IMG/VR virus record: IMGVR_UViG_3300028042_000003
Span: 1 to 42,165 of that record
DNA: 42,165 nucleotides
Origin: a virus
Strand: one strand, 5' to 3'
The notes below the pieces were generated by a model. It was not told the DNA's origin. It saw nothing but the letters and a program-made list of their open reading frames with translations, and did not search any database. The translations under genes were made by a program, and so were the position numbers. This document shows positions 34,594 to 42,165 of the stretch, piece by piece (positions within the stretch are counted from its first letter, which is position 1; the number at the start of each line of letters is the position of its first letter).

Positions 34594-34805
34594 GACAAAA
34601 AATCAAGTTCAATGACATCAACGCAAATGATCTAGTAAAACTTTTTGATTACTCTGTAGTCAAAGTCACCCGAGTGGAATATATCCGAGAAGGAACATTC
34701 CAAATTTTCTATAGGGCTGTTTGTTCTAGTGAGATGGGATTTTGCTCTAGCTCCAACATAATTGAAAAGTTAGAGCCCGATAAATACCCTGAATATTACC
34801 TCTAG
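34590..34805 (+). CDS. Small protein ending YPEYYL
   Basis: ATGA coupling; shared C-terminal motif. Confidence 0.7.
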   Translation: MRQKIKFNDINANDLVKLFDYSVVKVTRVEYIREGTFQIFYRAVCSSEMGFCSSSNIIEKLEPDKYPEYYL

Positions 34806-35503
34806 CCTAGACTTCCAAATGCTCCACCTGAATCACTTTTTTTATCACCCTCTAAGTTTTGAGTGTCTTTGACTATATCAAGTTCCTTGAAAAAGTCATC
34901 AATTTGGCTTGTATCTACTTCTTCATCGTACTCAAATATCTCAGTTTCTTCTAACTTGATTGAACTTTTGATACTAGAAACACTCTCATCACTTTGATTT
35001 GGGGTGTAAAGTTTACACGACAATTTATAAGAATTTGGATTATCAGCGTATGTGAATTGATTTGATATTCCCAAGTCGAAGCTTTCTACATTTGTTACCT
35101 CAAGTATTTGTCCACCTGGTGTCAAAAGAAGACTATTCAAAACTTCACTTCTTGCCCCTCTTTTAGTAAGAAATTCAGGGTATAAAGATAATAAACTTGC
35201 AGCCGAAATAAATAATTCTGTACTATATGCTTGAAACATTCCAAACCCACCAAATGAAACTTCTCCATTGAAGTTCTCTTGGTTTTCGGGTAATAATGTA
35301 ATTTGTTTATAGTCTTTATTTACTTTGAAATGGGAGAAATCTTTGAAGCAGGTGTTATCTTCATTGATTCTCTCGGAGAATAGCCAAAGACATTGAACTC
35401 CATAAATAGATATCATTTCGTCAATAAGGTGACCATCGAGGTCTCTTTCTGGTTTCCGTGATTGATTTAAATTGAAGCTCATAGTTGATCCTTTAGTTGC
35501 CAA
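34802..35503 (-). CDS. Neck protein (T4 gp14-like)
   Basis: LIDEMISIYG...F..FG...EVT.VE...YKL.C..Y pattern; true start may be the second Met (MSFNLN). Confidence 0.7.
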   Translation of the reverse strand: MATKGSTMSFNLNQSRKPERDLDGHLIDEMISIYGVQCLWLFSERINEDNTCFKDFSHFKVNKDYKQITLLPENQENFNGEVSFGGFGMFQAYSTELFISAASLLSLYPEFLTKRGARSEVLNSLLLTPGGQILEVTNVESFDLGISNQFTYADNPNSYKLSCKLYTPNQSDESVSSIKSSIKLEETEIFEYDEEVDTSQIDDFFKELDIVKDTQNLEGDKKSDSGGAFGSLG

Positions 35504-36078
35504 TACATAGCAAAATATTTCAACATACGGTTAGTAGGCTTTTTATCTGTCCACTCTAACCATTCGTCTTGAAGTTGCTTCATAGCTTTTTTGAACCCAA
35601 GGTTTTTGTACATCTTAGCGTACATGAAAGAATACGTCATCTCTTCCTCATGGTTTAGAAACTCCATTTTATTTTGAAGTTTTTTCTTAAGTGACATAAT
35701 CTTCTGTAACAAATCTACATCTATTTCTTCATCGTCGTCTAAGTCGTCTACATAACTACTCAAATTAGTGATTTCTTGTTGTTGTTTTTGAATATCCAGA
35801 GCCATTCTCATCCCAGATTTTTTATCTTGTACTGAATGAATAATTTCGTGTTGTAATATTACTTCAATAATATCAGGTGTGGCGGTATCATCTACGTAAA
35901 TTATGATTTGGTCTAATGCTGGAATGTATTCCCCATGTGTTCCAGTGTCCCACTCAAATTTTATTTCAGGATCACTATATCCCTTGAACTGCTTATTTAA
36001 GCTGGTTATGTCATTAGTTTTTATTTTTATTTTTGGAGGTACAATAATACCCTCTTGAATATAATTTTTGAAATTCAT
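35479..36078 (-). CDS. Putative zincin metallopeptidase
   Basis: G.Y....I.I...ILQHEIIHSVQ (HExxH) with downstream EE; N-terminus MNFKNYIQEG. Confidence 0.6.
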   Translation of the reverse strand: MNFKNYIQEGIIVPPKIKIKTNDITSLNKQFKGYSDPEIKFEWDTGTHGEYIPALDQIIIYVDDTATPDIIEVILQHEIIHSVQDKKSGMRMALDIQKQQQEITNLSSYVDDLDDDEEIDVDLLQKIMSLKKKLQNKMEFLNHEEEMTYSFMYAKMYKNLGFKKAMKQLQDEWLEWTDKKPTNRMLKYFAMYWQLKDQL

Positions 36079-36102
36079 AGTTTCCTTTCCATAAGTTTAT
36101 TA

Positions 36103-36121
36103 GAACCCTCTAAGAGGGCTC
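36103..36121 (-). terminator. Stem-loop after the Ig-like gene
   Basis: GAGCCCTC-TTA-GAGGGTTC on the - strand. Confidence 0.55.
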
Positions 36122-36128
36122 CGTAAAA

Positions 36129-36647
36129 TTATCTGTTGTCTTCTCTGTTTCCGTGACCTTCTGGCATTTCTGGTTCGTCGTTTACTACAACTGGTACTCC
36201 AGCGTTCGCAACTTCGTATGGATCCATAGCTAGTTCATCAAAAATAGCAGAGTTTCCCGCATTTATAAGTGGTGACTTAGCGTTTGCGTTAGCGATTACT
36301 GTTTGGTATTCTTTTGGAGCTGGAGTACCGTCTCTAAGAACGCTTCCGTCTTTAAAGTCTTCCACTAATTTGTCGCCCGTGCGTCTTGCTGGTGTAATTG
36401 TTAGAACGAAAGTATCTGTAACAACTTGATCTACTCCAGTAGTTTTTTTGATTGTATATGTTGCTGTATAAGATCCAGCAACATCTGTGTTGAGTTTTGG
36501 AGACCATACTGGTCCTTGAACGTTTGCTGCTGTTGATCCATCGTCTTTAAATCCAGTTACTGCTGGTCCAGTATATCTTGCTGGTGCTTGACCTTCCACA
36601 AAAGATTGTGAAGTTGGGTTGATTATAATTCTTGCTGTTTGTGCCAT
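36129..36647 (-). CDS. Ig-like domain virion protein
   Basis: LNTDVAGSYTATYT...LTIT Ig-like beta pattern; follows the sheath gene. Confidence 0.55.
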   Translation of the reverse strand: MAQTARIIINPTSQSFVEGQAPARYTGPAVTGFKDDGSTAANVQGPVWSPKLNTDVAGSYTATYTIKKTTGVDQVVTDTFVLTITPARRTGDKLVEDFKDGSVLRDGTPAPKEYQTVIANANAKSPLINAGNSAIFDELAMDPYEVANAGVPVVVNDEPEMPEGHGNREDNR

Positions 36648-36667
36648 ATTGTTTTCCTTATGATTAG

Positions 36668-36681
36668 TGGGCCGAAGCCCA
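36668..36681 (-). terminator. C(UUCG)G tetraloop hairpin after gp18
   Basis: TGGGC-TTCG-GCCCA on the - strand; T4-typical; no U-tract. Confidence 0.65.
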
Positions 36682-36691
36682 GGTTGAGAGC

Positions 36692-39058
36692 TTACGCTCC
36701 GATTACTTCACTAAATGAACGTGTTCCTACGTTGATGAAATTCAAGTTGATGAATTCAGCTGCATAGTTTGGTTTCACATAGATATCCACTCTTAGTTCG
36801 TTTCTACTAATAACATCTGGTGTGTTGTTACTTTCGTCACATATTACTAAGAAATCTGTTAGTCCTCTACCTGCTTTTACTGTTGCTAAGTATGGGTTGA
36901 ACATACTAAGAATAGCATTACGAGTATATGGATCATTGAATTCGAATAGCTGCGATTTAGCTGCTTTAGCCATTGCTCTTTCAATTGTACTGAACATATT
37001 TCTAACATTGATACGGTCAAACGCTGAAGCATAAGCTTGCATTGTCTTGTTACCCCATACTAAGTTTCCAGTTCCAGGGAATGTTACCAATGGATTAATA
37101 CTGTTCTTGTAAAGTTGATCTCTCATTGGTTCAGATGGTGTAAATGCCATTCTTTCAATGTTATTGATAATACCTCTTCTCATACCTGCTGATACCCACC
37201 ATGATGCGTTTTCAGTAGTTACAGAACATCTTACACCTGCCATATCACCAGCAACATTTATCCATCTATGAGTTTTATTATAAGTATCATAAATTTTGAA
37301 ATAGTTTCCGAAGAAAGCTGAGAACATAGTTCTTTGAAGTTTACTGCCAAGACTAGATTTTGCTCTTTTTGTTGGGTCTTCTTCTGTTAGGTATCTAATA
37401 ATATCGTTAGTAGCATCAATTGCTTTTTTACCTACTGTGTCTTCATATCTAGCACCAATAAATGCTATACAATCTTTACGTTTTTCTGCTAGGTCTTGTG
37501 CTGCACTTGGGTTTCTTTCGTTACCAATTACTACATCAATTTCATATTTTTCTTTATCTTCTACAGTAAAGTACGCATTATGAAGAGAACCAGTTGAAAT
37601 TTTTGGAGCTTTACCACCTTGTACAGTGATAGTTTCAGTTGCTACACCCCATTTGTCTTCTGAAGGCTTATATGCTGGAACTATTTTTTCAGTTAGTTCT
37701 TCCTTCATCATTCCATACTTATCTTGTGACAAGTAAGTTGCTGGCATATCTGTTACTGCTTTGTTTTCAAGTACATAAAGTAATTTAGAGTTTTCGTTGA
37801 TTACTGTTTCAATATAGTTACTTTTTCCGTTACCATCTACACCTCTTGGGTTGAATGATACTACAAAAGTCTCTACGTTATCGCCTTGTTTGAACACAAG
37901 TCCAATTTCGCCTTCTGCTGGGTAGTATTGAAATAAATCTGTAAGATACATACCTTGCTCAAGCTTACCATGTGTTTCCATAAATGCTATTGCTAGGTTA
38001 TATGGTTTTGATGTATTTAGGTCGTAAAGGGTTTCAAAATCTTCTTTGTTAGCAATTGCTACTTCTACTGTATCTGCTGCTGGTGTTCTTGTAAAGAAAC
38101 GCAGTTTACCCATTTCTGACATATCTGTCGCACCTTGACCATTTTCTGCCGCTGTAGATGTCCATACATTTAGTGGATTTACATCGTTTTCGCCATATAT
38201 TCTAGTATTAAGATAGTCCCATTCTTCATCATTTTTGATAAGTGGGTAAGATGTGGATAATCTATTTACTGAAACAGTATTTGATGGTAAAGTTGGAGAA
38301 ACATAATCCATGTTATGTTCTGAAGTTGCGTTTGAAGGAAAAACCATTTCAGAATAAATCACATCATTAGTATCTGGATCTTTATAATCTTTTGCTACTG
38401 CAGAACCTCTATTTATAGCAAATGATTTACCGTTTTTGTGAGATGAAGACACTGAATAAATATCTCCTGATGCTGTTGGTGGGGCAATTTCACTTTCTGC
38501 AAGGATTGTTGCTGTAGTTGTCGAAACAACACCACCAGCAACAGAAGCAAAACCTGTCACTTTAGCTAAAGCAGTACCACTTGTTGGTGCTGCATTTTTA
38601 GCACAAAGTGTAACTACATCACCAACTTCGTATTTTGGTAACTCATAACCATCTGAAATCGTTAGGTCCAAAGTTACTGTTTTTTTGTCTATTGGATCAC
38701 CAGTTGCTGGAGTTGGGTAAGCTGCTCTAGTATAAGTTCCAACTTTTGTGTATTTGTATTCGTTTCTTTGAGCGCCACTTGAGATATCAATCTCTACTTC
38801 TTCTTCAAAGCCTCTAGTTACAATTAGTTGGTTTGCGTAATCAAGATACTTAGATGCTTGATACCACTCGTTAAAGTTGTCATTTGTTGGGAGACCGAAA
38901 CGGTCGATAAGTTCTTTTCTGGTTGTAATCACGTAAGGTTGATCAACTGGACCTTTATCAAAGTCGCCAGCAAAAAATGCTACGTTATTTGAAACTGTTG
39001 GTACAATAGTTGATTCGTCTCTTTCTGTGATGTAAACACCTGGAGATAAGAAAGCCAT
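36692..39058 (-). CDS. Tail sheath protein (gp18)
   Basis: MAFLSPGVYITE, W.SAG..RG, LY...INP, WGNKT, FDRINVR, FEFND, VICDESNNTP. Confidence 0.96.
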   Translation of the reverse strand: MAFLSPGVYITERDESTIVPTVSNNVAFFAGDFDKGPVDQPYVITTRKELIDRFGLPTNDNFNEWYQASKYLDYANQLIVTRGFEEEVEIDISSGAQRNEYKYTKVGTYTRAAYPTPATGDPIDKKTVTLDLTISDGYELPKYEVGDVVTLCAKNAAPTSGTALAKVTGFASVAGGVVSTTTATILAESEIAPPTASGDIYSVSSSHKNGKSFAINRGSAVAKDYKDPDTNDVIYSEMVFPSNATSEHNMDYVSPTLPSNTVSVNRLSTSYPLIKNDEEWDYLNTRIYGENDVNPLNVWTSTAAENGQGATDMSEMGKLRFFTRTPAADTVEVAIANKEDFETLYDLNTSKPYNLAIAFMETHGKLEQGMYLTDLFQYYPAEGEIGLVFKQGDNVETFVVSFNPRGVDGNGKSNYIETVINENSKLLYVLENKAVTDMPATYLSQDKYGMMKEELTEKIVPAYKPSEDKWGVATETITVQGGKAPKISTGSLHNAYFTVEDKEKYEIDVVIGNERNPSAAQDLAEKRKDCIAFIGARYEDTVGKKAIDATNDIIRYLTEEDPTKRAKSSLGSKLQRTMFSAFFGNYFKIYDTYNKTHRWINVAGDMAGVRCSVTTENASWWVSAGMRRGIINNIERMAFTPSEPMRDQLYKNSINPLVTFPGTGNLVWGNKTMQAYASAFDRINVRNMFSTIERAMAKAAKSQLFEFNDPYTRNAILSMFNPYLATVKAGRGLTDFLVICDESNNTPDVISRNELRVDIYVKPNYAAEFINLNFINVGTRSFSEVIGA

Positions 39059-39180
39059 ATTTATTCCTTTTATACTCATAAGAGTTTATTTCAGGATGGT
39101 GTGTGTCGGTTGTACTTTTTCTGTGGATACGGCTCTTCACCAATATCAGCATTTCCGATTCACTATCCCAAACCTGTATC

Positions 39181-39873
39181 TTATTTATAAAAGTGTTTGG
39201 TGCATTCATACTTACCGCCGTTTTTTAGGAATTCGCCAGTAGTTTGAAATTTTTCGTGATGTTTTATTAGAAGTTGTTCCCTATCAAACGCCAGCTTCCC
39301 GGTTGGGAATAACTTATTATAAACCACCACGTACCGTTCAGTTTCCTTTTCGTATCGTTCAGAGATTTTCCTAAATGTGATGCCTATTTTGTGGATTTTA
39401 TGTTTTGGGAAGTATATCACGTATAATTTGGTTGGCCTATCAAAGTATCTTCGCATGGTTTTAGATTTATGTTTGTTCGCGCACTTTATGCAACCCTTAC
39501 CGTATAGTATGCTGGATGGAATAACACTCCAAACATAACCACATTTATCACATAAAAACCTTATTTTGGATGTGGCGGCTATGCACGTATCAATTGGTTT
39601 TAGTGTGATGTTTTTGCTCTTCAATTTTTCTAATAGCTCTGAATGTGACATTTTTTGGTTGCCTGAGCCTATTCGTTTTTTAGTACATTTTGAACAAAAT
39701 AAGTTTCTAGTTCTGTATTTTTGTGACCACACATAACCACAAGTGTCACATGAGTACTGACATACTTCTTTGTACCCACCAAATGTATCACAAGTTACAC
39801 CAAATTTATGGATTATCTTATTATGGTGAGATTGTGTTACTTTTGATTTTCTTTGAGAAGGGTAATTGTTCAT
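39181..39873 (-). mobile_element. Zn-ribbon homing endonuclease-like gene (Hef/GIY-YIG-like C-terminal domain)
   Basis: Two C..CGYVW...C.KC modules plus LYVI..KIGIT..ERY...EQ; has its own early promoter. Confidence 0.7.
39182..39189 (-). promoter_or_regulatory. Late promoter for gp18, embedded in the endonuclease 3' end
   Basis: TATAAATA on the - strand overlapping the last codons and stop. Confidence 0.7.
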
Positions 39874-39890
39874 AAGGTTACCTTTTTTAT

Positions 39891-39912
39891 TTAGTATAAC
39901 ATAATAACCTTA
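39891..39912 (-). promoter_or_regulatory. Early promoter of the endonuclease
   Basis: TAAGGTTATTATGTTATACTAA on the - strand. Confidence 0.6.
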
Positions 39913-39920
39913 TTTATTTC

Positions 39921-40502
39921 TTAGAGTGCTGTATCGTTTCTTGAAGGAGTGATAAGACTGAAGTCATCTTCTTCTTTTACGCCAACGACGAAATCTGTAA
40001 AGCTAAAACTTACCGAAAACTCTGTAGGAGTATTCTCTGAGTCATCTCCATAAGCCACTTCGCCGATTGTAGTAGGGAAACAGTTATGTAGAGTATAAAC
40101 CGCAGTTACTTTTTGGTTAGAATCAAGTTGCTCAACTCTGAGGTCTGCGAAAATAGCACTTGGGTTACCAGTGTGAAGGTTCTTATGAAAGTTATCACAA
40201 GCTACTTGCCATCTCATCATATCATATCTCAAACTGTGGTTTTCACCTAGGTAAAAATCAATAGACCAAACATTACTAAATGCTGTATCACCTGGAATAA
40301 CGTGTTTACGTCCTTGGTTCCATAGTTCAATAACCCCTAGTTCTCTTTCTGGTGCTGTAGCTGATTTAGCTAAAACATCTACTGAAGCCAAGTCTGTATT
40401 TCCTTGAATTCCTCTAGGCCACGCAAACGAGAATCTGTATTTATTTGATCTACCTGATGTTCCAAGTACCGATTCTATTTGACGAATTTTATTTGTTGCC
40501 AT
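39921..40502 (-). CDS. Tail tube protein (gp19-like)
   Basis: GRSNKY, QGRK..IPGD..F..W, VEQLD, CFPT.IGEVAY, EFSVSF. Confidence 0.85.
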   Translation of the reverse strand: MATNKIRQIESVLGTSGRSNKYRFSFAWPRGIQGNTDLASVDVLAKSATAPERELGVIELWNQGRKHVIPGDTAFSNVWSIDFYLGENHSLRYDMMRWQVACDNFHKNLHTGNPSAIFADLRVEQLDSNQKVTAVYTLHNCFPTTIGEVAYGDDSENTPTEFSVSFSFTDFVVGVKEEDDFSLITPSRNDTAL

Positions 40503-40521
40503 ATTTATTTCCTTTTTTGTT

Positions 40522-40529
40522 TATTTATA
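40522..40529 (-). promoter_or_regulatory. T4-type late promoter
   Basis: TATAAATA on the - strand. Confidence 0.75.
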
Positions 40530-40532
40530 ATA

Positions 40533-41249
40533 TTAGATATTTGCTCTATCGTAATCAATACCAGTATATGCTAAAGTAATTGTGGTTGTTGATATATCAC
40601 CAACCTCATCTGTATATTCAATTGCGGACACATCAGTAACGAACGCGTTATAAACTGTAGTTTCTGTTGATACATCCATATTATTATCTAGCTGTTGGAT
40701 AGTAATTGTTGATTGATACCAAGGATCCATACCATTCACACTAGAACTAAATAATGATCTTTCTTGTCCACCAGATAAATAATTTGCGGCTCCTCTAAAA
40801 ACTGAAGATAAACTATCAAAGTTTCTTCTAATTTCATCATAAGCAGATGATATTCGATTGCTTATGTTTTTTTGGGAATAACCAGAAAAGTTATTAGAAG
40901 ATAAAAAATCACGCCCTAGAGTATCCATATTAGATCCATTTTCTATAGTAATTGGTGTATTGAAGTTTTGAATTCCATCTATTATTTGAAGAAAAAACCT
41001 TCTAACTAACAAATCTGGATCATTATAAAAAGTCAATGACATAGAACCTTCATCGGCTCGGTCTCCAGCTATTTGATACTTTCTTCCTTTTAGGTACACT
41101 TCTGCTACTCCCATACTAGATCCTGGTGAGGACATAGCGTGTGTTTGTATATCTATCTCTTGACCAAAATATGGAAATATTACTCTATATTTATTTGTTC
41201 TAGCACCAGCCCCAAGAGCTGCTTCTAGTTGTCTAATTTTACTTGCCAT
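40533..41249 (-). CDS. Tail tube-like paralogue
   Basis: GARTNKY, KGRK..IAGD, IQQLD. Confidence 0.75.
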   Translation of the reverse strand: MASKIRQLEAALGAGARTNKYRVIFPYFGQEIDIQTHAMSSPGSSMGVAEVYLKGRKYQIAGDRADEGSMSLTFYNDPDLLVRRFFLQIIDGIQNFNTPITIENGSNMDTLGRDFLSSNNFSGYSQKNISNRISSAYDEIRRNFDSLSSVFRGAANYLSGGQERSLFSSSVNGMDPWYQSTITIQQLDNNMDVSTETTVYNAFVTDVSAIEYTDEVGDISTTTITLAYTGIDYDRANI

Positions 41250-41868
41250 AATTATCCTTTGTTTTCATAAAATTTAGGAGATTGGGCGTACTAGAACCAC
41301 TAGCACCACTACTTTGATTATCCATCTGATGTTGGTTCCATGAATCACCAATCATGCGATAGTATGCAAATGTAACGGTGATTTCCATAACGGTGTCTTT
41401 TGAATCTGCTGAGTATTCCATCTCACCGACAGTTATTGGGAATAAATTTTCAAACGAAAATTGTTCTACTACACGTCCACTTTCATTGAAATCTCTAGCT
41501 TCTACAACCATATCCCCATATTTTTCTGAATTAGTGCTTGGAACAGGTCCTTTTGCGTAATAACTTGGATCCATTATATCTAACCAGTCCTGAAACATTC
41601 TTCTTATATCATATCGTTCATCCATATAAAATGTGCAGGTGACTATTTGACTTTGGTTGGTTCTTCCAGGAAGTTTTAGTTTATGTCCTTTATAAGATAT
41701 TTCTATTGGTTCTAAAGAAGTTTCTGGAATTGAAATACTTTTGCATAAGATATCTACAGCTCGTTCTCCTCCAGATGCTAACATCATTGGTGGAGATATC
41801 ATCACCGTGAATTTAGTAGGTCTAGCAAAGTTCCCACCATAGTTATTTAGAGCATTTTGTATTTTCAT
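41239..41868 (-). CDS. Tail tube-like paralogue (gp19/gp54-like)
   Basis: FARPTKF, LCKSISIP, KLPGR, FQDW, LFPITVGEMEY, VTFAY. Confidence 0.8.
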   Translation of the reverse strand: MKIQNALNNYGGNFARPTKFTVMISPPMMLASGGERAVDILCKSISIPETSLEPIEISYKGHKLKLPGRTNQSQIVTCTFYMDERYDIRRMFQDWLDIMDPSYYAKGPVPSTNSEKYGDMVVEARDFNESGRVVEQFSFENLFPITVGEMEYSADSKDTVMEITVTFAYYRMIGDSWNQHQMDNQSSGASGSSTPNLLNFMKTKDNYGK

Positions 41869-42164
41869 TATTCGCCTTTTGCTTCGTATTTACCAAAATT
41901 ATTTACTGCTTTATTTGAAATTGTTGGTGATGTAAATTCAACAGTAAATTCTGAAATTTGATTATTTCCATTGTCGAACTGAGATTGACTAATATTTGAT
42001 ATTAAGCAATCTGATGTGTCAAATATGCCTTTTCCACCAGCAATTAGTGATACTTCTGTTTTGATATCATTGAAATACTCGGTTTGTTGAAGTACCCATA
42101 TCTCAGTGAAATAATTTTTTAAACCTAAGCCACCAACATCTCTAAATGTAACAGAAAAAGAAAA
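41868..42164 (-). CDS. 3' end of a further tube-fold/baseplate protein (partial)
   Basis: Read manually: FSFSVTFRD...ISNISQSQFDNGNNQISEFTVEF...KGE*; TAATG-coupled to the next gene. Confidence 0.6.
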   Translation of the reverse strand, partial: FSFSVTFRDVGGLGLKNYFTEIWVLQQTEYFNDIKTEVSLIAGGKGIFDTSDCLISNISQSQFDNGNNQISEFTVEFTSPTISNKAVNNFGKYEAKGE

Positions 42165-42165
42165 A

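Noticed and set aside
34130-34805. DNA recombination site (attC-like) underlying the PEYFL endings
   Set aside because: Third codon positions and stop codons vary and there is no palindrome; conservation fits the peptide.
1-42165. Stop-codon reassignment, phase-variable poly-G tracts, tRNA genes
   Set aside because: Core genes are intact in the standard code and all three stops are used. I saw no long G/C runs and no intergenic cloverleaf-like sequence.

Overview
AT-rich 42 kb segment of a large T4-like (Tevenvirinae-like/Eucampyvirinae-like) myophage; promoter motifs and gene content suggest a Campylobacterota host (inference). Plus strand (1-14550): a late-promoter cluster of proteins with T4 capsid-targeting-like N-termini (nucleotidyltransferase, four paralogues, an ART-like protein), an HNH endonuclease, NlpC/P60, a GNAT + ABC-ATPase pair, nrdB, an nrdA split into two genes by a GIY-YIG endonuclease plus a small ORF, and small early genes. 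Minus strand (14522-42165): four tail-tube-fold genes, a Zn-ribbon endonuclease, gp18 sheath, gp14, gp15, gp17 terminase and a ~15 kb modular fibre/adhesin locus (CBM5/12-like repeats, Mtd_N-like heads, discoidin domains, capped 24-aa LRR arrays with hypervariable positions). A plus-strand island of early genes between gp15 and gp14 encodes unrelated small proteins that all end in (Y/H)PEY(F/Y)L. Most notable: this shared C-terminal tag, the VLR-like LRR adhesin array, the genes-in-pieces RNR and the putative capsid-packaged enzyme payload. All family assignments come from motif recognition; no searches were run.
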